The position numbers and the translations under genes were made by a program. Below, in pieces: positions 1 through 13,266 of a stretch of DNA of 64,000 nucleotides (positions are counted from its first letter, which is position 1; the number at the start of each line of letters is the position of its first letter). The notes below the pieces were generated by a model. That model made no database searches and was not told the origin of the DNA. It saw only the letters and a program-made list of their open reading frames with translations. This stretch comes from Eledone cirrhosa (lineage: Eukaryota): assembly GCA_964016885.1 (NCBI GenBank), contig OZ024740.1:42718001-42782000 (forward strand), given 5' to 3'.

Positions 1-30
1 ACAAGTATAACAAGTATAACAAGTATAAAG

Positions 31-200
31 AAGGAGGTGTGGTGAGGAACCAGATGGACCATAACGCACCAGAGTACTCCATACTTAGGGTAGGAGAGTG
101 GGTATAGGAAATTGTTTGAACCCGACGGCAGAGCTCAAGCCGTTTCGACGGCAATAGCCGTCGAAACGGCTTGAGCTCTGCCGTCGGGGTTAAACATTTT

Positions 201-206
<6 letters not shown>
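31..206. mobile_element. PLE terminal-repeat (pLTR) fragment ending in a fold-back hairpin
   Basis: 31-152 is the reverse complement of about 17703-17825, the terminus of the PLE at 15920-17830. Perfect 32-bp arms 121-152/157-188 with an AATA loop extend imperfectly to 103-206; followed by (TA)n. Confidence 0.7.
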
Positions 207-255
<49 letters not shown>

Positions 256-421
256 ATACTTTGGGAGGGTCATGTTGCCAATAAGAAACACACGCACCAG
301 TTGCTTTCACTTCAATTTATTATATATTTATAAATTCATAAATTTATAAATCTACAAATCTACAAACTTATAAGTTTCTGGTTGGTTGGTTGGTTCCACA
401 ACCAGATAGTTGTTTATATAT

Positions 422-466
422 AGTCATAGTCCTTTCGTCACACACTCTGTGACCTCATCAGTGACT
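422..466 (-). ncRNA. Minimal type I hammerhead ribozyme in pLTR
   Basis: Minus strand AGUCA-CUGAUGA-G-GUCAC-AGAGUGU-GUGAC-GAAA-GGAC-UA-UGACU: stem I AGUCA/UGACU, intact core, stem II, minimal stem III. Confidence 0.85.
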
Positions 467-670
467 GGGGATTCCTTGCTTTGTTTCTGTGCCTTTCCTT
501 TCTTCTGTCCTACGCCATTTTGTTTCTGTGTGTGTGTTGTGTGCTCCGTTTGCGCATGCGCCACATCCGGGTGTCTGTGTGTGTTTGTGTTCATTTATCT
601 ATTTGTTTATTTATTTACATGTTGTTGGTTGGTTGTTTGTTCTATGTGTGTGTGTGTTTTCATTTTGTCC

Positions 671-1366
671 TTAATTGTAAGTTGTGCTGTTGCTGTTCCA
701 CTCATATTTTCTATTTAATTTTGGTTGTAATTCTTTTGTGCTTACTGCCTCTGTAATTTGCCTAAACATTGCATCTTTTCTGTGTGTGGATTCTATTTTT
801 ATTTCTATGTTCTCTAATTTACCCTTGTGTTCTATCTTAGCATGTTGGTAGAGTACAGATGATTCTTTATTATCTTGAAGGTCTCGCCAGTGTTCATTTA
901 TCCGTTCCCCTATACTACGAGCTGTCTCACCTATGTACACTATATTTTTGTTTCTACATTGTCCTTCAGTACATCTTATGCTATACACTACATTTCTAGT
1001 TTTACAGTTAATATGGGGGCTTATTTTACAGGTTATACATGTCTTATCTATCCATGAGGGTCTTTGGAACGGGTATGTCTTGCTAATAAGTGTTTTTACG
1101 GAGGTACCTGGTCTTTCTACCATCTTAATATTGAGTTTATGTTTATTTAGGGCCCTTCTAAATTTGTAGGCTAGTTCGCCTCTAGGGGTTGTATTGATGA
1201 ACATTACACTCTGGTATTGATTGCTATCATACCATGAGTTTATTCTATTGGCCTTGTTCCTAGTTCTTTCTATTCTATTCCAAAATTTGCTCCTATACAA
1301 GGGGCAGGTCCCATTTATGTCATTATTTACCATTTTTTTCCATTTGGTTCTGGCTCCTCTATACAC
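671..1366 (-). pseudogene. PLE C-terminal region with GIY-YIG endonuclease (partial ORF)
   Basis: CITC...NCKTRNVVYSIRC...IVYIGETARSIGERINEH...EA...PKLN matches the PLE Cys-linker plus GIY-YIG pattern; RT absent. Confidence 0.85.
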
Positions 1367-1680
1367 TCTGATTCTCTCTCTCTCTGATTGTAGCCAGAGA
1401 ACTGCATACGGTAGATGAAGTGTTGTATGTGTCTCTCTAGTTCTTCGGGGTTGAAAGAACTAGGAACAAGGCCAATAGAATAAACTCATGGTATGCCTAT
1501 TATGCAGTTTGTTAGGTCCCCAGATCGGTTACCCGCGCCGATTCTGCTGAGGGGGTCCTCCGTGCTGTCACATACATCTGGGGACATCTCAATGATGGGG
1601 CGTATGATCCCAAAGTATAACAATATCGGTTTCAGCACACGATTTCAGATAAAGAATCTTGCTAAACAAATTCAGAAACG

Positions 1681-1725
<45 letters not shown>

Positions 1726-1913
1726 TATATGTGTGTGTGTGTGTGTATTACGTGTGTGTCGATCTACAAACACACACATATATGTATATATTTCTCTCTC
1801 TCTCCCTCTTTCTTTATATATATATATATATATTCATATGTACATTTATATATATATACATACACACACACGCAGACACATACACACATACACACACACA
1901 CACACAAACACAT

Positions 1914-1946
<33 letters not shown>

Positions 1947-3413
1947 CAATATATACAGGGGAAAGACACAGAAGAGCTCATTTAATTACAGGATTATACG
2001 CGAGTCCTTTGCTCCGTTATTTTACTATATATATATATATATATACATTCATATGTACCGCCACACACATATATATGTATACATATCTGTATATATATAC
2101 ATGTGCATATGGGTGTGTGTGTGTGTGTGCCTTCTTTCTTGCAACTTGTTACTATGGCTATCACATTTTTGAGACAATTGAAAAGAAAACCTTTTTTCCG
2201 TTGATGACCAGTTTTAACAGACATATTAGGATCAACACGTTTAGACCATCATTAGTTCGGGGAAAATTTGTTGAAATTGCTAAAAAGGACTGTTAGTGGC
2301 TGAATTGTAAGAACATTCTAATGTTTAATCTATTGGGAAGAAAGAAATGATAAAATAAAGGATTACTCAGACCGTGTGAAATTAGTAATTCCATACACTC
2401 TCTACTTCGATCAATGGATCTCAAATTAAATGAATTTAAATCGCTATTATCTCGCCCTTCCCCAAATAAATCTATGACAGTGTTAGAAATGGATAATTCA
2501 ATGTATTATATTGTTTATAGCGAGGAGCAATGACTTTACAGTTCTCACTTGGATTGTTACATTGCAAGGGTTATTGAGTAAAGTAAAATGTTTCGTTATC
2601 AATGAATGAAGTTTAAGGTAAACAGCATATTTCTAGTAAATAGATGTGTCAAATATTTGACTTGAAACTGCGATTCAAAAAGGATCAATAATGAGTTAAA
2701 GTTCACTTTATCATTGAACTGAAGACGATTTTGTATCGGCCTGGTGACAACGGTGTATTTGTTTGCCTCCTGTTTTTAAAGCTAAACTGAAGGTGTGAAA
2801 CCACACACCATTGCAGATATACCGTAGATATCTAATGAAATATCTAGTGGAGAATTGATCAGCTGATATATGAGTTATTCTGTCAATCACATTGTCTTAA
2901 AAAGTAATGTCAGTGAATAAAGTTTGAAAATACAACGAAAATATCTGCACAATCACAAATTCAGCAAGCGAAAACTGTTTTCAAATTAGATGTTCTTAAG
3001 CAGATGGATAAATCTTCTATTCGCATGATGAAGTATAGTAACATGAGGTGATAATCTGCTCATTGCCGTCATCGGAAACTTAAGAATGCACACAATTATT
3101 GAATTCTATTTTGGATATCCCCTACTAAAAAAACAAAACAAAAACAACACAAAAAAAAACAAACAAACTTATAAATAAAACAAAAGTGTGATTTGGATTT
3201 GATTTGATACGACGTTGGTGCATTATAAATTTGCATAGTTGTGTTGCAAAGGTAAGGACACTTTTGTAAGTGATTCAGTTGATTGTATTGCAAAGCACGT
3301 TTATTTTAATAGAATCTGCATGGGTGGAGTGAAATGTTAATTATAGACTGCGACAGTTGTAAACATGACCTTAGGAAGACAGTTAGTATAAGACAGACCG
3401 TCAGGCCGTTAGC

Positions 3414-3892
<479 letters not shown>

Positions 3893-4356
3893 AACTGCCA
3901 CTTCTTTACAGAAGACGGCCACTTCTTCAACGAATTCCCAGCTGTTGCGAAGCACAACTGCAGGCTGCTGGCCAGTTTGATGACTGAACAGGCTTTGTTT
4001 AGGTCACCTTTTCTAGACCCTTCCCATGTATTATATGGGAGCAGTGCGTCCTCAAAAAGGGCTGCTCGAACTCTTAAACCTCTGCCGTAGCATGTTGCAG
4101 TTCAGGTTAATAGTGTAGAGAGGTTAGGATATATCTCGAGCCCCCCCCCCCCCCATGCTTCATCCGATCGAGTCTTCACACGTTGCCACTGCTCCACTGC
4201 ATGGGTCTTATGAAAACATATCTGCACATAACTATGTCAATGCTATGTGCTTGTGGTACACACACAGCACCCATTCCATCTCTGCAGCTATGTGTCCAGT
4301 GAAAAGCGCACTTCTTACTATATATCTTAATTAATTACCAACACAAGCGCTAATTA

Positions 4357-4524
4357 CCGTATTTCCCGGCGCCAAAGACGATTCGTCCTCGAGGAGGCAC
4401 CCTAATTTTGACAAACAAAAATTTGAAAAAAAAAATAATATCAATCATCGGCCTCCAGGACGCATGGTAGATTTTGAGACTTATTTTAGGAAAAAAGGAG
4501 CTTCCTGGACGCCGGGAAATACGG
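4357..4524. mobile_element. MITE with CCGTATTT termini (Tc1/mariner, Tc2/pogo-like)
   Basis: TIRs CCGTATTTCCCGGCG / CGCCGGGAAATACGG, TA on the left flank, about 170 bp non-coding. Confidence 0.7.
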
Positions 4525-4571
4525 GAAATACGAGAAATTAGTACGTCATTTCAAAATGAGACTAAGAGTGA

Positions 4572-4604
<33 letters not shown>

Positions 4605-4605
<1 letters not shown>

Positions 4606-5990
4606 GAATAAATGAACAGAGAACAAAAAACAGCGAGGCAGTACAAATGGTAGATTTTTAGCTTCACGCTTGAGAGTAGGGGGTGGGGAACGACGTTTCT
4701 GGCACAAGCCCTTCAATAGGAGGACAGTAGGTAGGAAGAGAGTTCCGCGGGTGTGTGGGGGAGTGGTGGAAAGACATTTAAAAAGGAGGGGGGATTTTTA
4801 AAGAGCAAAGGACATTTTTTAAAAGTACAAATAAAAATAAAAATAAAAATAAGAACAAAAATAAATAAGTGGTGGGTGGAGGGTGGCTGGAGAGGGGAGA
4901 GGAAGGCGAGGGCTCCGAGCGGCGAGGGCTGAAGGGGGTGTTTGTGTATGGGTGTAGGTGTACGTGTATGTGTGTGTGTGTATGTGAATGTGAGAGTTGG
5001 GGGAAGAACGAGGTTCCATGTTCAGGTAAAAGGGAAACCGGTATGTACGTGGGGTGGGGTGTAAGTCGGGTGTGCGTGCGTGTGGATGGAGAGGGTGGGG
5101 GAGGAGGGAATGTGTAGTCCGGAGGATGGGGCATCCCGGGGGCGGGCGGGGTGGGAGAAGGTGGTGTTGGGGAGGAGTGAGTGCAGCTTAAGGGCTTTGG
5201 TGTAGGTGAGGAAGGAGAAGAGGTCGTGTTTGAGGTTTTGGATGAAGAGGAAGATGGAGTGGGTGAGGAGCGGGTGGTATGCGGAGTTGAGGCGGAGGAG
5301 GGTGGGGGTGACTTTTGGTCAAGGTTGCAGATAGTTGAGAGAGAGGAGCGGAGGGAGTTGCGCATTAGGAGACGCGAGGACTGGTGAGGATACGTTGGGT
5401 GGAGGTGGAAGCGAAGGGGGAGGTGTGGAAGTGTAGTCGGAAGCCAAGGGGGACAGGTGGAGGTGGAGGCAGCGGCTGAGGAAATGGATGTGGCTGGAAT
5501 GCCGGGTTTTGGCGAAGAGAAGGTACGAGAGTTGGAGGGCCGAAGGGAGATAGTAGTGTGGGAGGAGGGGGTGAGGAAATGTTTAAGGCGTGTGTGGAGT
5601 TGGTGGAGAAAGGATTTCAGGCTGGGCATGGTGGGTGTGGAGTGTAAAGCAGTGGGGGGTGCGGGGGATGGGGGTGATATTTTAAAGTGCAAAAAGGGTA
5701 AACAGAGACGGGGGAGGGAAAATCAAAACAAAATTATCATAAGGAGGTGGTGAAAATATAAACAAAGAATCATAGACAAAAAATCATAAGCAGATAGAAA
5801 CAAATAAAAAAATAATAAAAATAAAATAATCAAGAAATAATACAATAGAGGAGGAAAAAATTAAACAAGGACAGAAATGGTATTGTGGGAGAGTTTGGGG
5901 GAAAAAGTTCAGAGGTTGGTCACGGCAGATTAAATCGGGGTTGAGCCGGTGGTCAAGGTGGTACTCCAAGTGGTGTGGAAGCCATATCCA
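4605..5990 (-). mobile_element. Probable non-autonomous PLE derivative with low-complexity ORF
   Basis: Strongly strand-skewed C-rich minus strand with a Pro/Ser/Thr ORF at 4778-5692. Degenerate PLE-type HHR (…UGAAGGGC-UUGU-GCCA-GAAACGUCG) at about 4690-4722; abuts (TA)n. Confidence 0.45.
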
Positions 5991-6612
5991 TCAAATAGAT
6001 GTCTGTTTATAAATCTGAAAATCGATTAAAGATGTTTCACATTTTGTTTTCAATTTACAGGGAATTTCCTAATTTCTGGTATGTTTCCTACATATTAGAT
6101 ATGAGTATATATTTATACACGTTCGTGCAGTCTCAGTTACACACCAATTTTATTAGGTTAAATTCGGGTTTATTTTACATACAAATTTAAATTATTGACT
6201 GACAACTAAGAATATATAAAGCAATAAAGTAGATCACTAGAAATAGTAGTGAAATGCACATTATAATCTCATAAAAAAGAAAGACAACACAAAAGAAAAT
6301 GCTAATAGAAGTCGCAGAAGCGAACCTCTAAATTCTGAAGCTATATTCAATATCAAGGATCGATTGAACCAGCTCACAAACTACCAGAGGTCATACATCG
6401 GGAATTAAGAAATTTTAAAACTTAAGAACCAGTTTATTAACGAACATTTAAGAGTAGTTAGATCAAATTTAATCAACCTGTAAAGCCCCCCCCCCAAAAA
6501 AAAAATATAACCTCGGTGCGATTGAAACAGAGTGTAAAGGATATAAAGTATATGCCACAAATATTGTCAATTATTCAATTCATTTTGGGTTAATTTTATC
6601 TCCCCTCTGGGA

Positions 6613-6797
6613 GGTGGGCTGGATACTGGAATTACTGTAATATCAGGACAACCCATGGCAAAGGCAGAAGCAGCCCCTAACTCTTCGACTAGTTCTAAAA
6701 ATCAGTTTAATATTGATGGTCTTATATAGAAACCGTGGCAGATATTAAGCTGCTCAGAGCAGATACGGCAATTTCATTTTAGCCAAAATGAAGCGAT
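6613..6797 (-). pseudogene. Divergent full-length U2 snRNA copy (variant or pseudogene)
   Basis: Colinear with 11355-11545 from ATCGCTTC to CAGCCCACC; Sm site retained; stem I deletion; branch-site recognition GUAGUA changed to GCCGUA. Confidence 0.8.
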
Positions 6798-7057
6798 ATT
6801 TGCGTTGCTTCACACACGTTTGTCTGTATTGTACAGTGACTGATATATTATAATAAAATACATATGCATATAATTATTGACTTAATAATATTTAAAATCT
6901 TTCACTGTTATTTACGGAGCATGATAAATTAAATACAAAATTAGTTTCACCCTAACATAACGGATACGTAAATGCATTTTTGAGTGTTATATCAAATATC
7001 ATTATGAGGCTGTTTACTTGCAAACGGATTGAATATTATTATTATTCGATAAACTTA

Positions 7058-7450
7058 GGGCGGTGGATTGGCAGTATCGGTAGAGGGTAGGACGCCATGC
7101 TTTCCAGCATAGTTACGTCCCTTTACGATCTGAGTTCAAATCCCGCCGAGGTTGACTTTGCCTTTCATCCTTACGGGGTCGATAAAAATAAAATACCAGT
7201 AATGCACTGGGTAATTGCTGGCCTTGTGCCTAAAGTAAAAACAATTATTATTCGATAAACTTGACTTGGCAGTATCGGTAGAGTTTCGGATGCTATGCAT
7301 TTGCAGCATAGCATTACGGCCCTTTACGATCTGAGTTCAAATCCCACCTAGGTTCACTTTGCCTTTCATCCTTACGGGGTCGATAAAATAAAGTACCAGT
7401 AATGCTCTGGGATAATTGCTGGCCTTGTGCCAAAAAGTAGAAACAATTAT
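7058..7450 (+). mobile_element. Two tandem tRNA-derived SINEs (Nin/Deu-like core)
   Basis: A box TGGCAGTATCGG, B box GAGTTCAAATCC, core CCTTTCATCCTTACGGGGTCGATAAA…AGTACC. ATTATTCGATAAACTT occurs before, between and after the copies. Confidence 0.85.
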
Positions 7451-8189
7451 TATTCGATAAACTTAATATTTTCCATATAAAATTTAGGGCAAATGTTTTT
7501 AATTTCTTCTTAAATGTTACTAAATTTTTTGACACTTCAAAAGTAATTACTGTTTAGATCAAAATCAACGTCATATTATTTACATGACGTTAAATAGATA
7601 TATTCATACAGGCACCAAAAAGTATGTGTATAGATATTTTTTTCTTAAATATCAAAACTGAACAATATCAACTTCATATATCTTCAGTGTATTATATTTT
7701 TGTCGATTGTTGTTAGTCTTTTAAAGTCATCTATCTCTCTGCATTAATGACTAGTAGTCTGTTTGCCTATCTATATGTATGTGGTTTGTGGTGGTGGAGT
7801 GGATGTATATAGTTTTGGGGTTGTGTTCTTTGTTTTCGGGTGTTCGTACCAGTAACTTGTGTGGTTTTTGTGTGTTCAGCATTGGGTAGAACGCTTGTAA
7901 TGTGTGTGTCTTTTCTACATATAAAACACTGGTTTTCTGCTCTCCACTGTAACGTTGATAACATGGTTGTTATCAACAGGTACCCTTTCAGGTATTGTTG
8001 AGATCCTGTCTGGTCACATTCCACTTATACCTGGTTGACTTCTTTACAGAGAACAGATACTACACATGCTATATTATCAAGTGGAAATAATTTACTTGTT
8101 TCTATCATATATACATATGCACATATGTTTCTGCACATATATATACAGCTGTCAATTTTAAAAACGTCATTCTACGGAACGGGAAGATG

Positions 8190-10005
8190 GTCATGCCAGA
8201 CCCACCGGCTCGAGCTGGGAAGGGAAGCCTGCAGCATCCAGGCCATGCTTTATGACCTCGTTGAGGGCAGCATGGCGTGGATGGCGGCCGGCACTGTGGA
8301 GACAGGAAAGCGAGTGGAGGCCGACAGAGTCCACGGTGGATCCGCAGCGACATTGAGGTAGCTCGCAGATCCGAGCCTCAAGGAAACGCCGATGCGCAAG
8401 CTATTGTTGTCTAGCTGCGAGCCAGTGGAGAAGGAGGTCAGGGCATGGACCCAAGCACCACTGTGGGGTTTGGAGGCCGCACAAAGACAGGCAAGGTGGT
8501 GCCTGTCGAGCTGGCGCGTGAGCCTGTCTGAGGCCAGGCTGCACTAGATGGCATCCCAAGTGCTTTGGAGGGAAATGACGTCAGCAGGAGGAGAAGGAAG
8601 AGGGGCATCTACTGGGCTAAGTCCAAGCCGGTCCCACGTCTCACAGGCGGCCTCACGTTCTCTGAACACAGAGAGCTCTATTGTGTTTTGAAGAACCCTG
8701 CTGACGAGGACGCGGTATGAGGTTACCGACGAAAGAAACGCCAGCAAAGAAAGTGAGATCGGGGACCGGAGACCAAGGCCGCCATACCTGAGCGGTAAAG
8801 TGGCCTGTTTCCATCCAATGTCGTCAAACCTGACGTTCCATATCTCCCCGGCTGCTGCTCGGATACAAATATCGAGGTCAGCGAGGAGAGCTGCTTGGGT
8901 GTAGCACGGAGCGCTGTGAATGGTATAGAGGAGCTTCGGCATGGCGAAGCAGTTCCTCAACAGAAAGAAAGCTGGGTGGCCGTCGATTAAGCCCAGTCGG
9001 CTCGTGAGAGGCTGGAGTTGTTGAAGCCTGGACCTGATGGCCGGCGAGTGGATCGGTGACCCGAGGATGAGGACATCCTCTTTGGGGATCACATCTACCT
9101 GGTGCAGAATGGATGTCACGTCCAAGACGGAGGCTGCAAAGCTCTCAGCGTCGAGGCTGACATTCACCACCTCCGACTTGGCCGAGTTGACCTGGAGGCC
9201 GTTTCCCGCCAGGGCAGGAGCCACCGATTGCAGGTCATGGCAGACAGTTTGTACGGGCCCGCCCAACGTAGCATCATCCAGATACCAAACGCTGAGAGGG
9301 GCCGTGATACTCCGGGCGATGTGGTCTATACCAAGGGAAAACAGGAGGGGTCCCAAAGGGTCGCTTTGTTTGACTCCAGTGGCCGAAGGTATGACCGTAT
9401 CAGCAGCAAGGAGCATGCTCGGGGCTCCATACGACAGGTAGGCAGAGGGGGCTCGTCTGAGGCAGGTACCAAGCAGATGGTCCAGGCGTAAGCAGTTGAA
9501 GGCATTCCTCATGTCAAGCTTGACAATGAGGTGTCTGGATCCCTGGATGCCGATTCCGGTGGGCAGCTGTTGAAGAATTGCCTGGTTGCACGTGCGGCCC
9601 CCTCACAGCCACCGGACTGAACTCCTCAACTGGTTCGGGTGTTATGGACCTGCAGATAACCGTGGCAGCCAGCCTCTGTATGCCACCCTTTTCTTCCTGA
9701 GAATAGTGAGGCTAGCCTAAAAAAAAGAGGCCTCGGGCGCCATGGATGGGTCTACTGGTGAGTGCCATAATTGCTCTCAGAAGTAGAAGAGGAGATAACA
9801 ACTCCTCGGGGTGGCCTGGTCGGAGACCACCAGCACCTCAGCTGCTGCTCGCTGGGAAGGACTTAATGTCTGCGTCGGAAGGTACAAGGAGCAAGTGGGA
9901 ACGAGTGGGGCTATGGGTCTGAGATCAGCGGGTGGATCGGGGTGCTTGAGTCGCAGGGCAGCCTCAGTGAATTGGAGGCAGGGTCCTCTAAGGCAACCAT
10001 TCTGA
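8190..10005 (-). mobile_element. CRE-clade non-LTR retrotransposon fragment (RT and CCHC knuckle), truncated at both ends
   Basis: ORF 8544-9512 has NAFN, GVKQSDPLGPLLFSL, WYLDDATLGG and LPLRYGGLGL. A downstream frame gives [17 protein letters not shown]…[13 protein letters not shown]. Confidence 0.85.
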
Positions 10006-11354
10006 TTCCGGCCGAGACATCATTCATGCTTAATTTAGCATTTACGAGGTAACGCAAACTCTTGGCTCTGATCTCAGAGGTGGATTTTGCTCTTAACCAA
10101 TAAGGCTTAGAAATGATAGCAGTAAGACTTTTCTTCGCACCTTATATACATATTTTACTATTCTACACACACTGATCTATGTATAATATACACTTGCATA
10201 TTTAATTAGCCACGTTATTATATACTTACAAAGTAATTAGAATTTATACTATGTGCCATTTTTAATACGTACACTTTCAAATTATTTTGCTTCTAGAAAT
10301 TTTAATTAAATTATAATAAAATTCTCCCAGTAAATCTACCACATGTTGTCATCACGTATCTAGCACACCTCTTAGTAGCACTGTGGGCTAAATCCTGAAA
10401 TACCAGGTCAACTGATATAAATGGGTAGAGGAATAAATGTTTTCTGCTAAACATCGTATGATAGACAGTATCCCATGAACACAACAACAATCATTAGCAA
10501 TGTTCTCCAGGGCACTGTGCTAGACCTACTTCCTTCATAATGTAACTAAACATTTCAAATATCACCAAACACAAAAATAATAATGTAGGATTAAATCGAC
10601 TTATTGTAATTCTATCCATCCCGTTAGGAAAAAAACTGACTTCGATGCGATTCGAACACAGAAATCAACTACAAGCCGCAAATAAAACAATCTATTAAAT
10701 CTGATTTTAGATTGATTTTATCCCACGTGTGGGAGGTGGGCTAAATCCTGCAATACAAGGTCAAGTTATTATATAAATGTGTAGAGGAATAATTGTTTTC
10801 TGGTAAACATCGTATGATAGACAGTATCCCCTTAAAAACAACAACAATAATTAGCAATGTTCTCCAGGGCTACTTCCTTCATAATGTAACTAAACATTTC
10901 AAATATCACCAAACACAAAAATAATAATATCCCCAGAAGACAATACGCATCAGGAAATTATTATTGTTTTAAGTGACTAAATACATTTCTAGTTTGATCT
11001 ACATAAAACAATATGTTGCTAAACAAGGAGAAATTCCGCCTTTGGGAATGGGAATTTGTTTAAACATCCATATCTTTTGCCTCGGGAAACCCTCTTATGG
11101 CATCAAATTAATTGACAAAAACGGTAGATAATGTAGGATAGAACTCGTGTACTCATTGTGGATCTCTGTGCTTTTAGCTCAAATTCCGCTGAAGTCAACT
11201 TTGCATTTCATTCTTTCGAGATATTGAGGAAAGAAGTAACCAGTGAAGCAATTCTGTTGATTCACCCTCTTTTTCTGTCTTCTCTCTACTATAAACGGCA
11301 AATCTAGTCAACTATTAAATCTTATCTTAGATTGATTATATCTCCCATGTGGAA

Positions 11355-11545
11355 GGTGGGCTGAAACCTGGACATACTGCAATACCAGGTCAACCCGTGG
11401 CAAAGGTGGAGCAAGCCCCTAACTCTTCACCTAGTTCTAAAAAATCATTTTAATATCGATGGTCCCATAGAGGGATCATATCAGATATTAAGCTGATAAG
11501 AACAGATACTACACTTTGATCTTAGCCAAAAGGCCGAGAAGCGAT
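11355..11545 (-). ncRNA. U2: U2 spliceosomal snRNA gene, apparently intact
   Basis: Minus strand ATCGCTTCTCGGCCTTTTGGCTAAGATCAAAGTGTAGTATCTGTTCTTATCAGCTTAATATCTGATA…, Sm site ATTTTTTAG, stem IV loop ATTGCAGTA; about 190 nt. Confidence 0.95.
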
Positions 11546-11589
11546 AACTTCGTGCTATTCTTCTCTCCTTATATACATATTTTACTATT

Positions 11590-11642
11590 CTACACCCACT
11601 GATCTATGTAAAGTATATCGCGTCCATATTTAATTAGTCACG
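11590..11642 (-). promoter_or_regulatory. Candidate snRNA proximal sequence element region
   Basis: Block ACTGATCTATGTA…CATATTTAATTAG lies about 45-95 nt upstream of U2 and is conserved upstream of the copies starting at 6797, about 10117 and 13266. Confidence 0.45.
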
Positions 11643-13220
11643 TTATTTTATAATGATAGACTTATTAGAATTTATACTCTGTGCAATTTTTAATACGGAC
11701 CTTTCAAAATTATTTTGTTTGTATAACTATTTTAATCTTAATTAAATTATAATAAAAATCTACCACATGTTGTCACCATAAAGCCAAGGTAGGTGATGTC
11801 ACTCTTCATCACGTATCTAGCACACCTCTTAGTAGCACTGTAAAAACTATTGTTTACTTGTATAGCACCAGATTATATTTGATGAAGCAGTCCTAGGGTT
11901 TAGTCTTCCAGCCATGACCATCCCATCGTATTTTCAAACAATGTGTCCAATACTACATCACTAATATATATTTTAGTAGCGTAAAATATCCACTGTCATA
12001 TTTGACGGTGTTTTTCTTTTTTGCTGCTATTTCAACAAATGGAGCCAAGAAAAGAGGTTAGTTCATTATTTACCCATTAACCAAAAACTGTCGGGTCCCA
12101 TTACAGTAACCAGTTCCTGGGACACGTGTCTTTGACTATAGTTTCACATCGATCAATGATTTTCAAATGTCGTTATTTTTATTTTGTAAGCCAGGTCAGT
12201 CTGATAGAATGTACTGATTATTAAAACGTTCCAGAGGTGATCACCCCATATTCTTTTATATCTAGAATTATAATGATTAATGTGTCCTATTGTTTTAAAA
12301 AGGTACTGTATAATGTGATGATGGGGCTATTTAACTGCTATTTCGAGCTGGTTAAAATACCACGAGGCGTTTCACTCTGTTGAGTAGTGTAACATTTGGG
12401 AGGCTGAAGCGGTCGGATTGGTTGTACCCGTAAATCTCATGTTATGCCCTTTTTGCAGAATGTCTTGTATAGCAGCCAGCCATGGACTTTTACGAGACGT
12501 AGAGAAAATAGTGCTGATGGTTGCCACAGAAAGTTGCAATATGTTGCCCTTGATATGAAGTAGCATCAGCTCCTGACAAACGAATGCCTGTGTGGAAATT
12601 TCTCAAGAGTAAAATATTTATCAGGATATTGAGCATAAGAAAAGAAAGTGTCTAAACTAGTCCTGTGAGATCCACGGCACATACTAGCGAACGATATGGA
12701 CACAATGTCACATACAATACTTGAGACAGGATACCGGCTTGGAATTTATCCAAGAACTGAAGATGGCAGTGATGGATAGACAAGTGAAGAAAAAGGAAGT
12801 TTTACTCTTGAAATGGGGATTATATTAATGTTACAATTGACACTGAAAATGAATACTAAGTTATTATATAAATGGGTAGAAGAATAAATGTTTTCTGCTA
12901 AACATCGTATGATAGACAGTATCCCCATAAACACAACAACAATCATTAGCAATGTTCTCCAGGGCACTGTGATAGGCTTACTTCCTTCATAATGTAACTA
13001 ATCATTTCAAATATCACCAAACTAGAAAGTAATAATATCCACAGACGACAATAAGCATCAGGAAGTCATCATTGTTGTAAGTGACTAAATCAATTTCCAG
13101 TTTGATCTACATAAAATAATATGTTGCTAAACAAGGAGAAATTTGATCTCATCCTCTTTGGGAATGGGAAATGTTCAAACAGCCATATCTCTTGCCTCAA
13201 GAAACCCTCCTATGGCTTAA

Positions 13221-13266
13221 GAGCAGTTACTACACTTTGATCTTAGCCAAAAGGCCGAAAAGCGAC
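13221..13266 (-). pseudogene. U2 snRNA 5' fragment
   Basis: GTCGCTTTTCGGCCTTTTGGCTAAGATCAAAGTGTAGTAACTGCTC with the upstream flank retained. A more decayed 5' fragment is at about 10087-10117; 3' fragments are at about 10383-10412 and 10733-10764. Confidence 0.8.

Larger units (their letters stand above)
250..1684 (-). mobile_element. Penelope-like retroelement, 5'-truncated, with GIY-YIG remnant, pLTR and inverted terminal pieces
   Basis: GIY-YIG ORF 671-1366 and HHR at 422-466. Segments 1452-1494 and 1608-1684 are inverted copies of element sequence. Homologous to 37135-38326; (TA)n on both sides. Confidence 0.85.

Noticed and set aside
7058-7150. tRNA genes
   Set aside because: The A and B boxes belong to SINE heads; there is no complete cloverleaf and they continue into SINE cores.
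8190-10117. U2-targeting retrotransposon (Utopia or Keno) next to a U2 fragment
   Set aside because: RT motifs are CRE-like, about 80 bp of unrelated sequence separates it from the decayed U2 piece, and there is no U2 3' half at the other end.
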